The position numbers and the translations under genes are program-made. From contig NZ_CP022339.1 in the NCBI RefSeq assembly GCF_003351905.1, forward strand, positions 420,001-452,000: a stretch of 32,000 bases of DNA. Direction: 5' to 3'. The notes under the pieces were generated by a model. It worked only from the letters and a program-made list of their open reading frames with translations, was not told the origin of the DNA and did not search any database. Below are positions 9,661-18,494 of the stretch, in pieces; positions within the stretch are counted from its first letter, which is position 1; each line of letters begins with the position of its first letter. Source of the stretch: Candidatus Saccharimonadota bacterium. GTDB taxonomy: Bacteria; Bacteroidota; Bacteroidia; Cytophagales; Amoebophilaceae.

Positions 9661-9873
9661 CTGGTTAGTAATGCATTTTTATCCACTTTTTTCTTGATAA
9701 AAAAGTGGATAAAAAATCAAGTCCTCGGTAAAATACCGCTGAAAGTGCCATCTTACAGATGGAAAAACAGAAAGCGCCCACTGCGTGGGCTTTTAATGAA
9801 CTGTTTTTCCTAATCATCTCTCAGATGCCACTTTCTACACCGCGACTTTTTACAGGGTCGGTTCTTTTGACGC
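9661..9873 (+). repeat. Composite structured intergenic repeat (module X 9661-9725, palindromic module Y 9746-9827, module Z 9844-9873)
   Basis: Module X aligns with 1722-1782. Modules Y and Z align with the reverse complement of 20361-20487. Module Y is a long imperfect palindrome centred on the hairpin gcccac-tgc-gtgggc (9776-9790), flanked by ccatct-tac-agatgg and catct-ctc-agatg. Confidence 0.8.
9676..9715. promoter_or_regulatory. 17-bp perfect inverted repeat carrying two opposed DnaA-box-like 9-mers (TTATCCACT)
   Basis: The repeat reads tttttatccactttttt-cttgat-aaaaaagtggataaaaa. Each arm contains TTATCCACt, one mismatch from the TTATCCACA consensus, at 9679-9687 and 9704-9712. Confidence 0.45.
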
Positions 9874-10454
9874 AAAAAAACATCGCGCTGAATACATACT
9901 AAAAAAGATCTGTCTGTACAGGGTCAAGCCTATCCCTGTGAATAGGTTAAGTTTTTAACAAACATAACGTTTCATCGAGGTATGTTTACAAATATAATAC
10001 TTTTTAGCCCTTAGCCAAGGATTAGGTAGATGGTATTTGTATGATGTCTAGTGATTTTTATAGAAAAAAGAAATTCTAATTTTATCAAGGCAAAAGCGCA
10101 TTTGGGAAAGTTTTTACAGCTGTTTTTTGCTTAAACGTCAATATTCGATCAAAAGAGTCATTGGCCAGGCAAAATTATAGCTATGATCAAATGTCAAAAT
10201 CAATTCGAAAAAATAACAATATTGATCAAGTTGCTACTTGTTGAGCTTAAACTTGATCAGACTAAAGAAGGTATAACACAACTATCCGAATCACACAGCT
10301 AAATGGATACAAAAAACTGCATAGCATAAAATAATATTTCAACAGTAATAAGACATTATTCTTTTTTTTGCTAGAGCGTAATAAAATATGCGCGTTGCTA
10401 TCACCCTACATTAATCTCACACGTTTTACTATCCATTACGCTATTACATGGAAT

Positions 10455-10482
10455 TGTGGATAAGTTATTAAACTTACCCACA
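10455..10482. promoter_or_regulatory. Pair of DnaA boxes (one perfect, one with a single mismatch)
   Basis: TGTGGATAA at 10455-10463 is the reverse complement of the perfect consensus TTATCCACA. TTACCCACA at 10474-10482 has one mismatch. The two boxes are oppositely oriented and 10 bp apart. Confidence 0.55.
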
Positions 10483-10730
10483 GACCCACATAAATTTGCT
10501 TAGGAAGATAATACCCTTTGAATAAAAGAAAAAGTAACCATAATAGTCAAAAAATTAAAGCTGGAAGATTTATAAAGGAGTAGGTTACTAACAAATGATC
10601 ATAAATACAAATTTTTTAGTTGATATTGGTAATATGCACCTATACCTAACTCCTTAGGGGGCATAAACACTACTATTTAACAACCTGAATAGCGCTAAAA
10701 AATCAACTAAATAACAAAAAATAGCCTATA

Positions 10731-10774
10731 TTTAAGACACTTTTTGGTTTGATTAAACCAAAAAGTGTCTTAAA
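10731..10774. promoter_or_regulatory. 20-bp perfect inverted repeat (hairpin or operator) immediately upstream of lipB
   Basis: The repeat reads tttaagacactttttggttt-gatt-aaaccaaaaagtgtcttaaa and ends 16 nt before the lipB ATG at 10791. Confidence 0.5.
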
Positions 10775-10790
10775 TTATAAGTAGAAACAA

Positions 10791-11498
10791 ATGGTAAAAA
10801 ATAGGGAGATAGTTGTAAAACAGTTGGGATTAATAGATTATAAGGAAGCATTGGCGGTTCAAGAGGCCTATTATAAGGCCATTATAGAGCGAAAGTGTGG
10901 GCGTTTGACAGCGCAACAAGCTAGTCAACCCTCACCTGCCAGCTACTTGCTTTTTTGTCAACATCCTCCTGTATACACGCTGGGTAGAAGGGGCGTTATG
11001 GACCAGCTATTGGTCGATGCTACTACTTTAGAAGCAGCATCGATTGCCTTATATCATGTAAACAGAGGTGGAGCAATTACCTATCATGGGCCAGGCCAGT
11101 TAGTGGTCTACCCTATTATTGATTTGGAGTTGTTTTTTACAGATATACACCGTTACCTGCGCTTGCTTGAAACAGCAGTTATAGAAACGTTGGCCTATTT
11201 TAATATTCCATCCACCCGGTTCCCTGAACTAACCGGTGTATGGTTACCAGCAGATCAAACAACAAAACGGTGCGACCGGAAGATTTGCGCCATTGGCATT
11301 AGGGTAAGTAGATGGGTGACCATGCATGGACTGGCGCTAAACGTAAATAACGATCTGGCGCCTTTTGGCAACATTATACCCTGCGGGATCTCTAAAGCAG
11401 TCACATCTATGCAACAAGAATTAAACCAAACTATTGCCCTAATGACTGTTTCAGACATTTTAGAGCAAAAAATTTTAAATAAGTTAAATTTTGTATAA
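10791..11498 (+). CDS. lipB: Lipoyl(octanoyl) transferase LipB
   Basis: The 235-aa ORF contains RGGAITYHGPGQLVVYPI, a KICAIG segment with the catalytic Lys region, and the PCG motif, all characteristic of LipB. Confidence 0.93.
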   Translation: MVKNREIVVKQLGLIDYKEALAVQEAYYKAIIERKCGRLTAQQASQPSPASYLLFCQHPPVYTLGRRGVMDQLLVDATTLEAASIALYHVNRGGAITYHGPGQLVVYPIIDLELFFTDIHRYLRLLETAVIETLAYFNIPSTRFPELTGVWLPADQTTKRCDRKICAIGIRVSRWVTMHGLALNVNNDLAPFGNIIPCGISKAVTSMQQELNQTIALMTVSDILEQKILNKLNFV

Positions 11499-11677
11499 AG
11501 TTTGTATAAAGTTTTTATTTAAAATAAAGTAGCAAATATTTATATTGTACTTATAGTGCTGATTTGACACCATAGGATGCTTTTTTGAATATTGAAACAG
11601 GCAAAGCTCGATCATACATGGATGGAAGGAATCTGATCAACAGGTTCTTTGCCTACTGATTAATTTGACAATACCAG

Positions 11678-12070
11678 ATGCAACATAGAGGAGAAATTAT
11701 TGAAAACGTAGTGAGAAGAAGCGGTATCTCTCTTTCAATATTAGCTTCAAAAATGGATGTAAGCAGAAATACGCTCTACAATAGATTTAAGGATCAAAAC
11801 GTGAGCTATGACTTTATATTAACCTTAGGGGCGGTGCTACACTATAATTTTGCGGTGCATTTTCCTGAGATGAAGTCCGATAGCCCGCTTCCAGACGATC
11901 CCCGTGCAGAATTGTTCCAGCTTGAGCGGAAATACAAAACACTATTGGAAAAATATCATTGGTTACTGAAGTTTTTGCTGAAAAAATCGCAAGATGCGGA
12001 CCAACATGCCTTACATAAACAAATTCAAGAGCTAATCAATTCCTCTTCTTTCTTAAATGAAGTATGTTAA
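11678..12070 (+). CDS. Small helix-turn-helix domain protein with a C-terminal coiled-coil
   Basis: The 130-aa ORF has an N-terminal HTH-like segment (SGISLSILASKMDVSRNTLYNRF) resembling a small HTH family common in Bacteroidota. Its stop overlaps the rsmA start by 7 nt. Confidence 0.6.
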   Translation: MQHRGEIIENVVRRSGISLSILASKMDVSRNTLYNRFKDQNVSYDFILTLGAVLHYNFAVHFPEMKSDSPLPDDPRAELFQLERKYKTLLEKYHWLLKFLLKKSQDADQHALHKQIQELINSSSFLNEVC

Positions 12071-12876
12071 CCGTGCCTACAAAGATTAAAAAAGCATTGG
12101 GCCAACATTTTTTAAAAGATGTTGTGGTGTCAAATCAAATCGCCAACCTATTAACAGATGAAAGTCTTGTAGGAACGGTAGTGGAAGTGGGGCCCGGTAG
12201 AGGTAGCTTAACAGACAGGTTGCGTACTAAGCCTATTGCTCGGTTATGCCTTGTAGAGGTAGATCGTGACCTTATACCCTACCTAAAAAAGAAATATGCT
12301 GATCTAAGTGACCGCATCATAGAGGCAGATTTTTTAAAGCTATCCCTAACAGAACAGTTTCAAGAGGAACAATTAACGATTATTGGTAACTTTCCCTATA
12401 ATATTTCTTCCCAAATCTTCTTTAAAATTTTAGATAATCGCCATGTGGTAAAGGAAGTAGTAGGAATGGTCCAGAAGGAAGTAGCACAACGGATAACTGC
12501 TCCACCAGGTGGTAAAGTGTACGGCATGCTTAGTGTGTTTTTACAAGCATTCTATACCATAACCTACCACTTTACAGTGCCTCCTCACCTCTTTCTACCG
12601 CCACCTAAGGTAGACTCTGCGGTTGTTACCATGCATCGCAACAATGTACAAAAACTGCCCTGCAATGAGTTGCTATTTTTTCAAATAGTCAAAAGTGGTT
12701 TCCAACAACGTCGGAAAAAGTTACAAAATGCTTTGCGTGCTTTCAATATTACCCATATAGGACATGCAGATCTGTTGCATAAACGTGCAGAGGAATTAAG
12801 TGTCACTGAATTTGTAACACTAACCAACGCATTGACTACCAAAGGGAATTTGAACCTATGCGCAACTGATTCCTAA
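12064..12876 (+). CDS. rsmA: 16S rRNA (adenine1518/1519-N6)-dimethyltransferase RsmA (KsgA)
   Basis: The 270-aa ORF has the KKALGQHFL N-terminus, the SAM motif VVEVGPGRGSLT, and NFPYNISS. Confidence 0.95.
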   Translation: MLTVPTKIKKALGQHFLKDVVVSNQIANLLTDESLVGTVVEVGPGRGSLTDRLRTKPIARLCLVEVDRDLIPYLKKKYADLSDRIIEADFLKLSLTEQFQEEQLTIIGNFPYNISSQIFFKILDNRHVVKEVVGMVQKEVAQRITAPPGGKVYGMLSVFLQAFYTITYHFTVPPHLFLPPPKVDSAVVTMHRNNVQKLPCNELLFFQIVKSGFQQRRKKLQNALRAFNITHIGHADLLHKRAEELSVTEFVTLTNALTTKGNLNLCATDS

Positions 12877-13237
12877 CCACTAGGTAAGCACCATTAGGTC
12901 CAGATAATCTTTTTAAGACCAATCAAAATGGTTTGTACAGATGATAAAAATTGCTTAAAATAAAAGGGGTTTTATGCTTGGGGTACCTATCATGTATAAC
13001 TTTGCATACCCATTTGCCATCCGACTTTAATTTTAATGAAAACATAATTGACTACATAAGGTATATCAAGCCATCCATCTGCTGCTTAAGCAGTTATTGG
13101 TTAGGGTATAGAGGCGAAATAGTGATGCACCCTGTTCTAAATTTTATGCATACATTTTTATCAAACACTATAAGTCAATTATTTTTAATATACTTTTTTG
13201 TAATAGCAAACAGCATTTACCAAGTCCTGACTTATCT

Positions 13238-14740
13238 ATGATACGCTATAACGCCCCTCTGCTAATGGTATTGATCTTTTTGTTATTAACCTTAGCAGTA
13301 GGTCTTTACGTTAGCGAAAGGGCAACTACCTTTCGAGCATATGCTGTAGGTAATAAGCGGCTACACACGACTACCTTAGTCGTTACTGTGTTGGCTACGA
13401 CCTTTGGAGGGGGAGGGCTGATGCGCACTGTATCAAAAGTTCATGCTATGGGCCTGCACCACATAGTTGTAATTTTTGCTTTACCATTGGGTTTATGGAT
13501 CAACAGTTTACTGGTGCTGCGTATGGAGCCATTTATGGCGCATCTTTCTATTGCAGAGACGTTAGGTAGCGTATATGGCAAATACACAAGGCTTATTGCT
13601 GCGCTATTAAGCATCTGCTTTTCTATTGGTGTGGTTGCGATTCAAATCAATGTAATGTCCTCCGCCATTGGCATGTGCATCCATTTAATTGATCCGCGCA
13701 TCGTAACGGTTCTAGCAACCTTAATTCTTATTGCTTATGCGATGGTTGGGGGTATTCGTTCCATTACGATTACAGATATATGGCAATTTGCAACCTTTAC
13801 GATTATTATTCCTCTGCTTATTAAATTTGTATTTATAAAAACAGATCAATCATTTTTAGAAGTTATATGCACGCTAAAAAAGCAAGAAAAATTTCAATTC
13901 AGCCAGCTTTTTCAATGGAATAAAGAACAACCATTGAAACTTATTTGGGATAGCCTATCGGTAGCATGCTTCCTAGATCCATCTGTTGTACAGCGCGCCT
14001 ATATGGCTTCTGGCCCCATTCAAGCCTATAAGGTTTTTTGCCGTGCCACGCTTTTTAGCGTTATCATCATAGGGTGCATTGCCTCTATTGGTTTACTTGC
14101 GTTTGTAGGGAATCCAATGCTGCCGCCAACAACCATTTGGCCATACATTCTAGCTGATATGCCCCCTGTTTATAAAGGATGTGTCGTTCTAAGTTTATTA
14201 GGGATGACCATGTCTACAGCTGATTCTAACCTACACACTGCAGCCATTATGGTTAGCCATGATATCGTAGAAAGTATTCGAGGCATAAAAACCATCCCCT
14301 ATGTGCATCAGCTTCGGCTGGCTAAGTTGACTACATTAGTCACTGGTCTTCTGGCTATGATTATAACAGTTTATTGTTCTGACTTGATTCAATTAAGCAG
14401 GTTTGTTTTTACTTCTATTATGACTTTTTTTAAAATTATCATCATACCTCCTTTTAGCTTAGCTGTTTTTGGTTTTCGAGGCAGCGCACGCACAGCTTTG
14501 ATCGGAATGACAATAGGTATACTGACTGCTTTGACTTTGAAAAAGTGGCTTCAACTGACCATAGGGATAGGTTGGGGATTACTTCCCATGGTAGCCAATG
14601 GCTTAGCTATGATGGCCACACATTATCTGCTGCCACAACCGACTGATAAAGGGTGGATTCCAAAGAACCATCAACAAAAAAGAATACAACAGCTGATACG
14701 GGCATTTAAAAAATATAAAAAAAGTATAGACCTAGAATAA
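13238..14740 (+). CDS. Sodium:solute symporter (SSF) family transporter, substrate unknown
   Basis: The 500-aa ORF is polytopic with about 12-13 hydrophobic helices. The pattern GGIRSITITDIWQF is typical of the SSF family. Confidence 0.8.
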   Translation: MIRYNAPLLMVLIFLLLTLAVGLYVSERATTFRAYAVGNKRLHTTTLVVTVLATTFGGGGLMRTVSKVHAMGLHHIVVIFALPLGLWINSLLVLRMEPFMAHLSIAETLGSVYGKYTRLIAALLSICFSIGVVAIQINVMSSAIGMCIHLIDPRIVTVLATLILIAYAMVGGIRSITITDIWQFATFTIIIPLLIKFVFIKTDQSFLEVICTLKKQEKFQFSQLFQWNKEQPLKLIWDSLSVACFLDPSVVQRAYMASGPIQAYKVFCRATLFSVIIIGCIASIGLLAFVGNPMLPPTTIWPYILADMPPVYKGCVVLSLLGMTMSTADSNLHTAAIMVSHDIVESIRGIKTIPYVHQLRLAKLTTLVTGLLAMIITVYCSDLIQLSRFVFTSIMTFFKIIIIPPFSLAVFGFRGSARTALIGMTIGILTALTLKKWLQLTIGIGWGLLPMVANGLAMMATHYLLPQPTDKGWIPKNHQQKRIQQLIRAFKKYKKSIDLE

Positions 14741-14762
14741 GGCATGCTTAACCTTACTTTTT

Positions 14763-14820
14763 TCGTGTCTATGAATTTTTACAGGGGCGTTGTTCTTCTA
14801 ACAAAAGAACCCGTGAATTG
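14763..14820 (+). repeat. Dispersed intergenic repeat copy (cgtgtctat block plus module Z core)
   Basis: The sequence tcgtgtctatgaatttttacaggggcgttgttcttctaacaaaagaacccgtgaattg aligns with 3678-3743, 9844-9873 and the reverse complement of 20361-20386. It sits between convergent genes. Confidence 0.65.
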
Positions 14821-14887
14821 TTTCGGGATGGCGTGGCCATACGGCTGCATGAATGCCACACCATTGCCTAAACGATGGACCCGATAT

Positions 14888-16102
14888 CTATTGAGAACCA
14901 TCTAAAGAGGGTATGGGCACTGCTACCACCTGAGGTTGGCTGTAATCAACCCCTTCTACCTCAAAACCAAATAATTTATAAAATTCATGACGGTACCCTA
15001 TAAAGTCAGTAAGCGCAGCTACATTGGTATCATCTACTTTTGGCCAAAGTTCCGAAACAGCTTGTTGGACATCTTCCCGCATCTCCCAATCATCGATACG
15101 AATCAAACCCTGTAGATCTACAGGCACCTTACCATCTTGTCTATACAAATGATCTGCGTATAACCTATACATCTGTTCTATACACCCCTCGTGTAGCTTT
15201 TTTTCTTTCATGACCTTGTAAAGCAATGAAATATAAAGCGGTACGACCGGTATAGCTGCACTTGCTTGGGTCACCAAAGCTTTATTCACAGCAATAAACG
15301 CCTGCCCATCAATAGAACGGAGCCGCTGCTGTAACACTTGACTTGCTGCTGCTAAATCTTTTTTTGCTTCCCCAATGGTTCCTTTGGAGTAGATTGGATC
15401 TGTTAGCTTGGGCCCAAGGTAAGTGTAAGCTATGGTTTGTGCAGCCCTAGCCAACAATTGCTCCTCTAACAAAGCCTCCATCCACATGATCCAGTCTTCA
15501 CCTCCCATTACTGCCACTGTATCTATTACTTCTTGAGGCGTTGCAGGTTCAATACAAATATTCGAAAGATGCCCACTTATGATATCAATGGTTTTATTGC
15601 TATAAGGTAGCCCAATAGGTTTTAAAGTAGATTTAAAAGCTATACCCGTTTGAGGATGGATGCGCCGAGGGGATGCAAGGCTATAGATAACCAAATCTAC
15701 TGCACCACCCCAATCTTGTTTTATTAACGCAATGGTTTCTTGCTTGATAGCATCTGAAAACGCATCCCCATTAATACTTTTAGCATAAAGCCCTGCTTGA
15801 TGGGCAGCTTGCTCAAAAGCAGCTGCATGGTACCAGCCAGCAGAAGCGGTTCGCTTATCGTCAGCTGCTCGCTCCAAAAAGACGCCTATAGTCTGGGCTT
15901 GCGCACCAAAAGCAGCCACGATTCTACTGGCCAAGCCATAACCAGTAGAGGCACCTATGATAAGCACCTTTTTAGGACCAGAGGCAATTGGAGGATGACT
16001 AGTTACATATCTGATTTGTTCATCTACATTTTTTGTACAACCTGCTGGATGGGCCGTGGTACATACAAATCCACGTACCTTTGGTTCTATTAGCCTATTC
16101 AT
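14888..16102 (-). CDS. fabV: Enoyl-[acyl-carrier-protein] reductase FabV (trans-2-enoyl-CoA reductase family)
   Basis: The 404-aa ORF has the N-terminal signature PKVRGFVCTTAHPAGC followed by VLIIGASTGYGLASR, both diagnostic of FabV/TER. Confidence 0.93.
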   Translation of the reverse strand: MNRLIEPKVRGFVCTTAHPAGCTKNVDEQIRYVTSHPPIASGPKKVLIIGASTGYGLASRIVAAFGAQAQTIGVFLERAADDKRTASAGWYHAAAFEQAAHQAGLYAKSINGDAFSDAIKQETIALIKQDWGGAVDLVIYSLASPRRIHPQTGIAFKSTLKPIGLPYSNKTIDIISGHLSNICIEPATPQEVIDTVAVMGGEDWIMWMEALLEEQLLARAAQTIAYTYLGPKLTDPIYSKGTIGEAKKDLAAASQVLQQRLRSIDGQAFIAVNKALVTQASAAIPVVPLYISLLYKVMKEKKLHEGCIEQMYRLYADHLYRQDGKVPVDLQGLIRIDDWEMREDVQQAVSELWPKVDDTNVAALTDFIGYRHEFYKLFGFEVEGVDYSQPQVVAVPIPSLDGSQ

Positions 16103-16103
16103 T

Positions 16104-16589
16104 TTAAGGAATCGTTGATTTATTTACGAAGGTATGTGCGGTAAGCCCTTCTGAGTCATCCGTGGCATCTTCAACTGTTTCAGAAGATAGGTCAGTTTCT
16201 GAAAGGTAATCACGCTTATAGCCATTTATGACGCTATGCTCCTTACCCATTTTACACTTCCCATCAAAACAAGCTCCTTCTTCAAAGACCAGTTTGCTGG
16301 CCATAATATCGCCCCATACGGTTGCGGTTGACTTCAATACAAGCAACTCGATCACCTCTATGGTTCCCTTTACCTCCCCACCAATTTCAGCATTTTGTGC
16401 TACAATATTGCCTTCCACCTGAGCAGTATGACTCAAGACCACCTTCGCTTTTGTCTTGATACCACCTGTTATTTTACCCTCTACACGCAAATTGCCTGTA
16501 GTATTTATATTGCCTTCTAGGTGAGAACCCTGCCCTATAATGTTGCTAATAGTGACAGGATTTGTACCCTTTATCTTGTTGTTAAACAT
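16104..16589 (-). CDS. Bactofilin (polymer-forming cytoskeletal protein, DUF583)
   Basis: The 161-aa ORF shows repetitive beta-helix segments (G.I.G.L.V.G.V.G) and an acidic C-terminal tail. It is spaced 5 nt after the M23 gene and 1 nt before fabV. Confidence 0.9.
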   Translation of the reverse strand: MFNNKIKGTNPVTISNIIGQGSHLEGNINTTGNLRVEGKITGGIKTKAKVVLSHTAQVEGNIVAQNAEIGGEVKGTIEVIELLVLKSTATVWGDIMASKLVFEEGACFDGKCKMGKEHSVINGYKRDYLSETDLSSETVEDATDDSEGLTAHTFVNKSTIP

Positions 16590-16594
16590 CTTTT

Positions 16595-17404
16595 CTAGGA
16601 ATTAATATAATCTTCCGGATTTAGTGCAACGCCTTCGCTCCAAAGCTCAAAGTGCAGATGTGGACCGGTAGAAATTTCTCCAGAATTGCCCATAAGGGCT
16701 ACTACATCGCCTGCCCTAACCAAGTTACCAACTTTTTTAAATAAAATGGCACAATGTTTACAGATTGAAACCATATTATCATAGTGCTGAATCACAATCA
16801 CCCAGCCTGTATCAACGGACCAATCAGAAAAAATGACAATACCCGTTGATATGGCCTTAATGGGGTCCTTGTCTTTGGCCACAATGTCTACGCCATAATG
16901 ATTGCCTTCCCTATGGAAGGGTTTTGTAATCATACCATTAATAGGGGGCACTAAGCAAGTGGGCCTATTTGCACCAGCTCTTTTCTGACTGGTTGATACC
17001 ACTACAGAGGGCTCAGGTTTTACGTCCGCTTCCACGGGTTCCACAAACGTAGAAGGGAGGGGCAATGGTTGTTTAGAGGTGCCGTGAATGATCTTTTGGA
17101 GCGTGGCAATAAACTCCGTTTGGGAAGTAATTTGCTGTTCTAATTCTTCTACGGTAGCAGCTAAAGAAAGTATTTTTCTTTGATTTTCTGTTTCTATATA
17201 GATGGGATTCATCCATCTGGCTAAAACCGTTTTAGATAGCCACAGGCTGATGCCAAAACTTATAGATAACCAAGATAAACACACGGTAATAATGGTAGCA
17301 TAGCTAAAAGGAGGCGTTATATGTTCTGCAAAATTTTCAACATTTCGAATCACCAGCTGATATCTGCGTTCGAAATAATCCCAAAAACTTCTATGTGTAC
17401 GCAA
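16595..17404 (-). CDS. M23 (LytM) family metallopeptidase with an N-terminal membrane anchor
   Basis: The 269-aa ORF has a C-terminal M23 domain (HYGVDI, GNSGEISTGPHLHFELW) and the N-terminal RYQLVIRNVENFAE plus TM helix seen in Bacteroidota homologs. The predicted start is a TTG. Confidence 0.88.
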   Translation of the reverse strand: MRTHRSFWDYFERRYQLVIRNVENFAEHITPPFSYATIITVCLSWLSISFGISLWLSKTVLARWMNPIYIETENQRKILSLAATVEELEQQITSQTEFIATLQKIIHGTSKQPLPLPSTFVEPVEADVKPEPSVVVSTSQKRAGANRPTCLVPPINGMITKPFHREGNHYGVDIVAKDKDPIKAISTGIVIFSDWSVDTGWVIVIQHYDNMVSICKHCAILFKKVGNLVRAGDVVALMGNSGEISTGPHLHFELWSEGVALNPEDYINS

Positions 17405-17488
17405 TGATCAACTTATTTACGGTTATCCTTTTTAAAACCACGCCTATCCATTGTGCTTAGGGTTTTGCTTAAAATCTTTTAAAGATTG

Positions 17489-17563
17489 TGGGCGGCATTG
17501 GATTCGAACCAACGACCTTTCCGATGTCAACGGAATGCTCTAGACCATCTGAGCTAACCACCC
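17489..17563 (-). tRNA. tRNA-Val (anticodon GAC)
   Basis: I folded a 75-nt cloverleaf by hand. The acceptor stem is GGGTGGT/GCCGCCC, the D arm GCTC..GAGC, the anticodon stem TTCCG/CGGAA with loop TTGACAT, and the T arm GTTGG-TTCGAAT-CCAAT. No CCA is encoded. Confidence 0.9.
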
Positions 17564-17654
17564 TTAAGGGCACAATCACTTGGTAAAAAATTTAATGCAT
17601 ATAAAACCTGCATACCTCATAGAGCCGTCGCTTGATATAGGCCGCTCTTTTCCG

Positions 17655-17736
17655 TGCGCACGGGGGGACTCGAACCCCCATGCCCGAAAGCACCACCCCC
17701 TCAAGATGGCGTGTATACCAATTTCACCACATGCGC
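17655..17736 (-). tRNA. tRNA-Leu (anticodon GAG), class II with a long variable arm
   Basis: The gene is 82 nt. The acceptor stem is GCGCATG/CGTGCGC, the anticodon stem CCATC/GGTGG with loop TTGAGGG (G37), the variable arm CTTTCGGGCA, and the T arm GGGGG-TTCGAGT-CCCCC. Confidence 0.9.
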
Positions 17737-17986
17737 AAAAACTTCAGCTGCTTTATACTTTAATTTCAGCTGAAATAAACCTATTGAATTTAGTATATAT
17801 TAGGGTATTTGCCAAATATTGCATGGATGATTTGGCATACCCATAGTATGCCCAAAAAAAATCGAACACAAATATTTTAATTGATTTATTATAGCGTGTA
17901 GTGTACGTTCTTAAAATAAATTTATCAGATGAAAAGAAATAAGATTAGGTGTCAATCAGTCCCCGCTATTGCGTGAATAGACAGCC

Positions 17987-18457
17987 TTAATGCCCATTAA
18001 GGCTCAAGTTGGTTGCATTCCATCCATCAGCACTCAACCTAGACGTAACATTGCGCTCATTGAAGGCGGCCGATGTTGCATGCAATGTCGATGGCATTCC
18101 GCTCTTCAATGTATTTGTTCCTAAAGGGAACACAGCAGTGCTATGATTCACCTTAGTTGCATTAAATTTTAATGGTTCCTCGCAAATGAATGTGAAATAG
18201 CCAAGACCAATCAATAGCATCAAAAGTATACACCATGCTGTATGGATATAATTTTTATTATAATTGCCATAATGGTGATTGTATACACTTGTTTCGTTTA
18301 TTACTACATGGTAACGATAGATATCATGTCTATTTTGCCTGCCTTCTGCTACACGCGAACCAAATATTTGCCTTGTATGGACGCAAGAAGATAAGGTGCT
18401 TAGGCTCAATAGTCCCATAAATAGACTTGCCTTATAGTGGATATATTTTTGCTTCAT
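17987..18457 (-). CDS. Small paralog P1: lipoprotein-type signal (LSSC) plus one internal TM helix and an N-X-S/T-rich tail
   Basis: I chose the MKQKYIHYK start by comparison with the paralogs, although an in-frame ATG also exists at 18481. The lipobox-like sequence is LSSC and the TM helix is AWCILLMLLIGLGYFTFI. The gene lies 37 nt downstream of P2. Confidence 0.6.
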   Translation of the reverse strand: MKQKYIHYKASLFMGLLSLSTLSSCVHTRQIFGSRVAEGRQNRHDIYRYHVVINETSVYNHHYGNYNKNYIHTAWCILLMLLIGLGYFTFICEEPLKFNATKVNHSTAVFPLGTNTLKSGMPSTLHATSAAFNERNVTSRLSADGWNATNLSLNGH

Positions 18458-18494
18458 AGCATTTTGAGCGATTGCATCCATAACGTGCGTCTTA

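Noticed and set aside
10140-10600. An apparent cluster of GATC / TGATCA sites in the putative origin spacer, possibly Dam-type regulation.
   Set aside because: About five sites occur in some 450 bp, and the number across the whole spacer is close to the compositional expectation. Dam methylation is not typical of Bacteroidota.
11490-11511. An 11-bp tandem duplication (tttgtataaag twice) spanning the lipB stop codon.
   Set aside because: The duplication is real but tiny. It is probably a replication-slippage scar with no evident function.
12951-13241. A 96-aa ORF in the rsmA-symporter spacer.
   Set aside because: It has a TTG start, an AT-rich low-complexity translation and no motif, and it runs into the symporter start. 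It is most likely non-coding promoter region.
17580-17846. An 88-aa plus-strand ORF.
   Set aside because: It has a TTG start and lies directly antisense to tRNA-Leu, between the two tRNA genes. It is an artefact of the GC-rich tRNA sequence.
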